Positions 63,677 through 64,000 of a DNA stretch of 64,000 nt are shown here, in pieces; position 1 is the stretch's first letter, and every line of letters begins with the position of its first letter. Source of the DNA: Candidatus Marinacidobacterales bacterium. GTDB lineage: Bacteria > Acidobacteriota > Vicinamibacteria > Marinacidobacterales > SMYC01. The translations under genes were made by a program, and so were the position numbers. Location of the stretch: contig OZ250169.1 in the NCBI GenBank assembly GCA_965237955.1, positions 7,744,001-7,808,000 of the forward strand, read 5' to 3'. Below the pieces are notes generated by a model. It was given only the letters and a program-made list of their open reading frames with translations, made no database searches and was not told where the DNA came from.

Positions 63677-63818
63677 GTATAAGGAAGAAGAGCTTATTAG
63701 GGCTTATTACAAAAAGTGGCCTCGGGGTGTAGTGCTTCCGTTACATGATTGACGCCCTCCTGAATGCCCGTTTCGGCGAAACACTTGATGTAAGAAGGCT
63801 TACAAGACGTCCTGTTTT

Positions 63819-63834
63819 TGGTACGCCTCTTGCT
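63819..63834 (+). promoter_or_regulatory. Sigma54 promoter
   Basis: TGGTACGCCTCTTGCT (GG-N10-GC), with TGT-N12-ACA at 63728-63745 and TGTAAG-N4-CTTACA at 63789-63804. Confidence 0.7.
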
Positions 63835-63847
63835 TGTTAAGAGGTCC

Positions 63848-64000
63848 ATGACCGGCTCCAAACGTGTCCTCGTCGTCGAGGACAATCTGTCGATGTTGCG
63901 CACGCTGACCACCTTTCTCGAGCGCGCAGGCTTCGACGTTGTAGCGGTCGCTGAATTCCAGCGAGCGCTCAAGCTCATCGAAGACGAGCTCTTCGACACC
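63848..64000 (+). CDS. Response regulator receiver protein, 3' end outside the window
   Basis: GAGG RBS. MTGSKRVLVVEDNLSMLRTLTTFLERAGFDV. Confidence 0.85.
   Translation, partial: MTGSKRVLVVEDNLSMLRTLTTFLERAGFDVVAVAEFQRALKLIEDELFDT

Overview
GC-rich bacterial chromosomal window. The gene repertoire (VPS10/BNR proteins, permease and Ser/Thr-kinase remnants, NHL, DUF5916, MglA) suggests Acidobacteriota, which is an inference. It starts inside a large PrkA-like gene and ends inside a response regulator. Core content: a GH25-like/repeat/M23 cell-wall hydrolase, GT9, sirtuin, a DUF4956-VTC-CotH cluster, a RHH/MazF toxin-antitoxin pair, an HNH-DUF222 gene, an ABC-type ATPase with a histone-like tail, RRM plus desaturase, PhoD, MrfAB-like repair genes and an MglA/sigma54 two-component block. 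Mobile DNA is abundant: two 1719-bp ISL3 copies with their own 8-bp duplications, one IS3, one IS5-family element, a CTAG-flanked MITE and many gene relics. Best novelty candidate: the ISL3 carries a ~480-bp non-coding left arm with a multibranch structure whose mismatches all become G-U pairs on the strand antisense to the transposase. Both insertions share the oriented target motif ATTAGT, which also occurs inside that arm. Several 1-2 bp frameshifts may be sequencing errors. No rRNA, tRNA or CRISPR array was seen.
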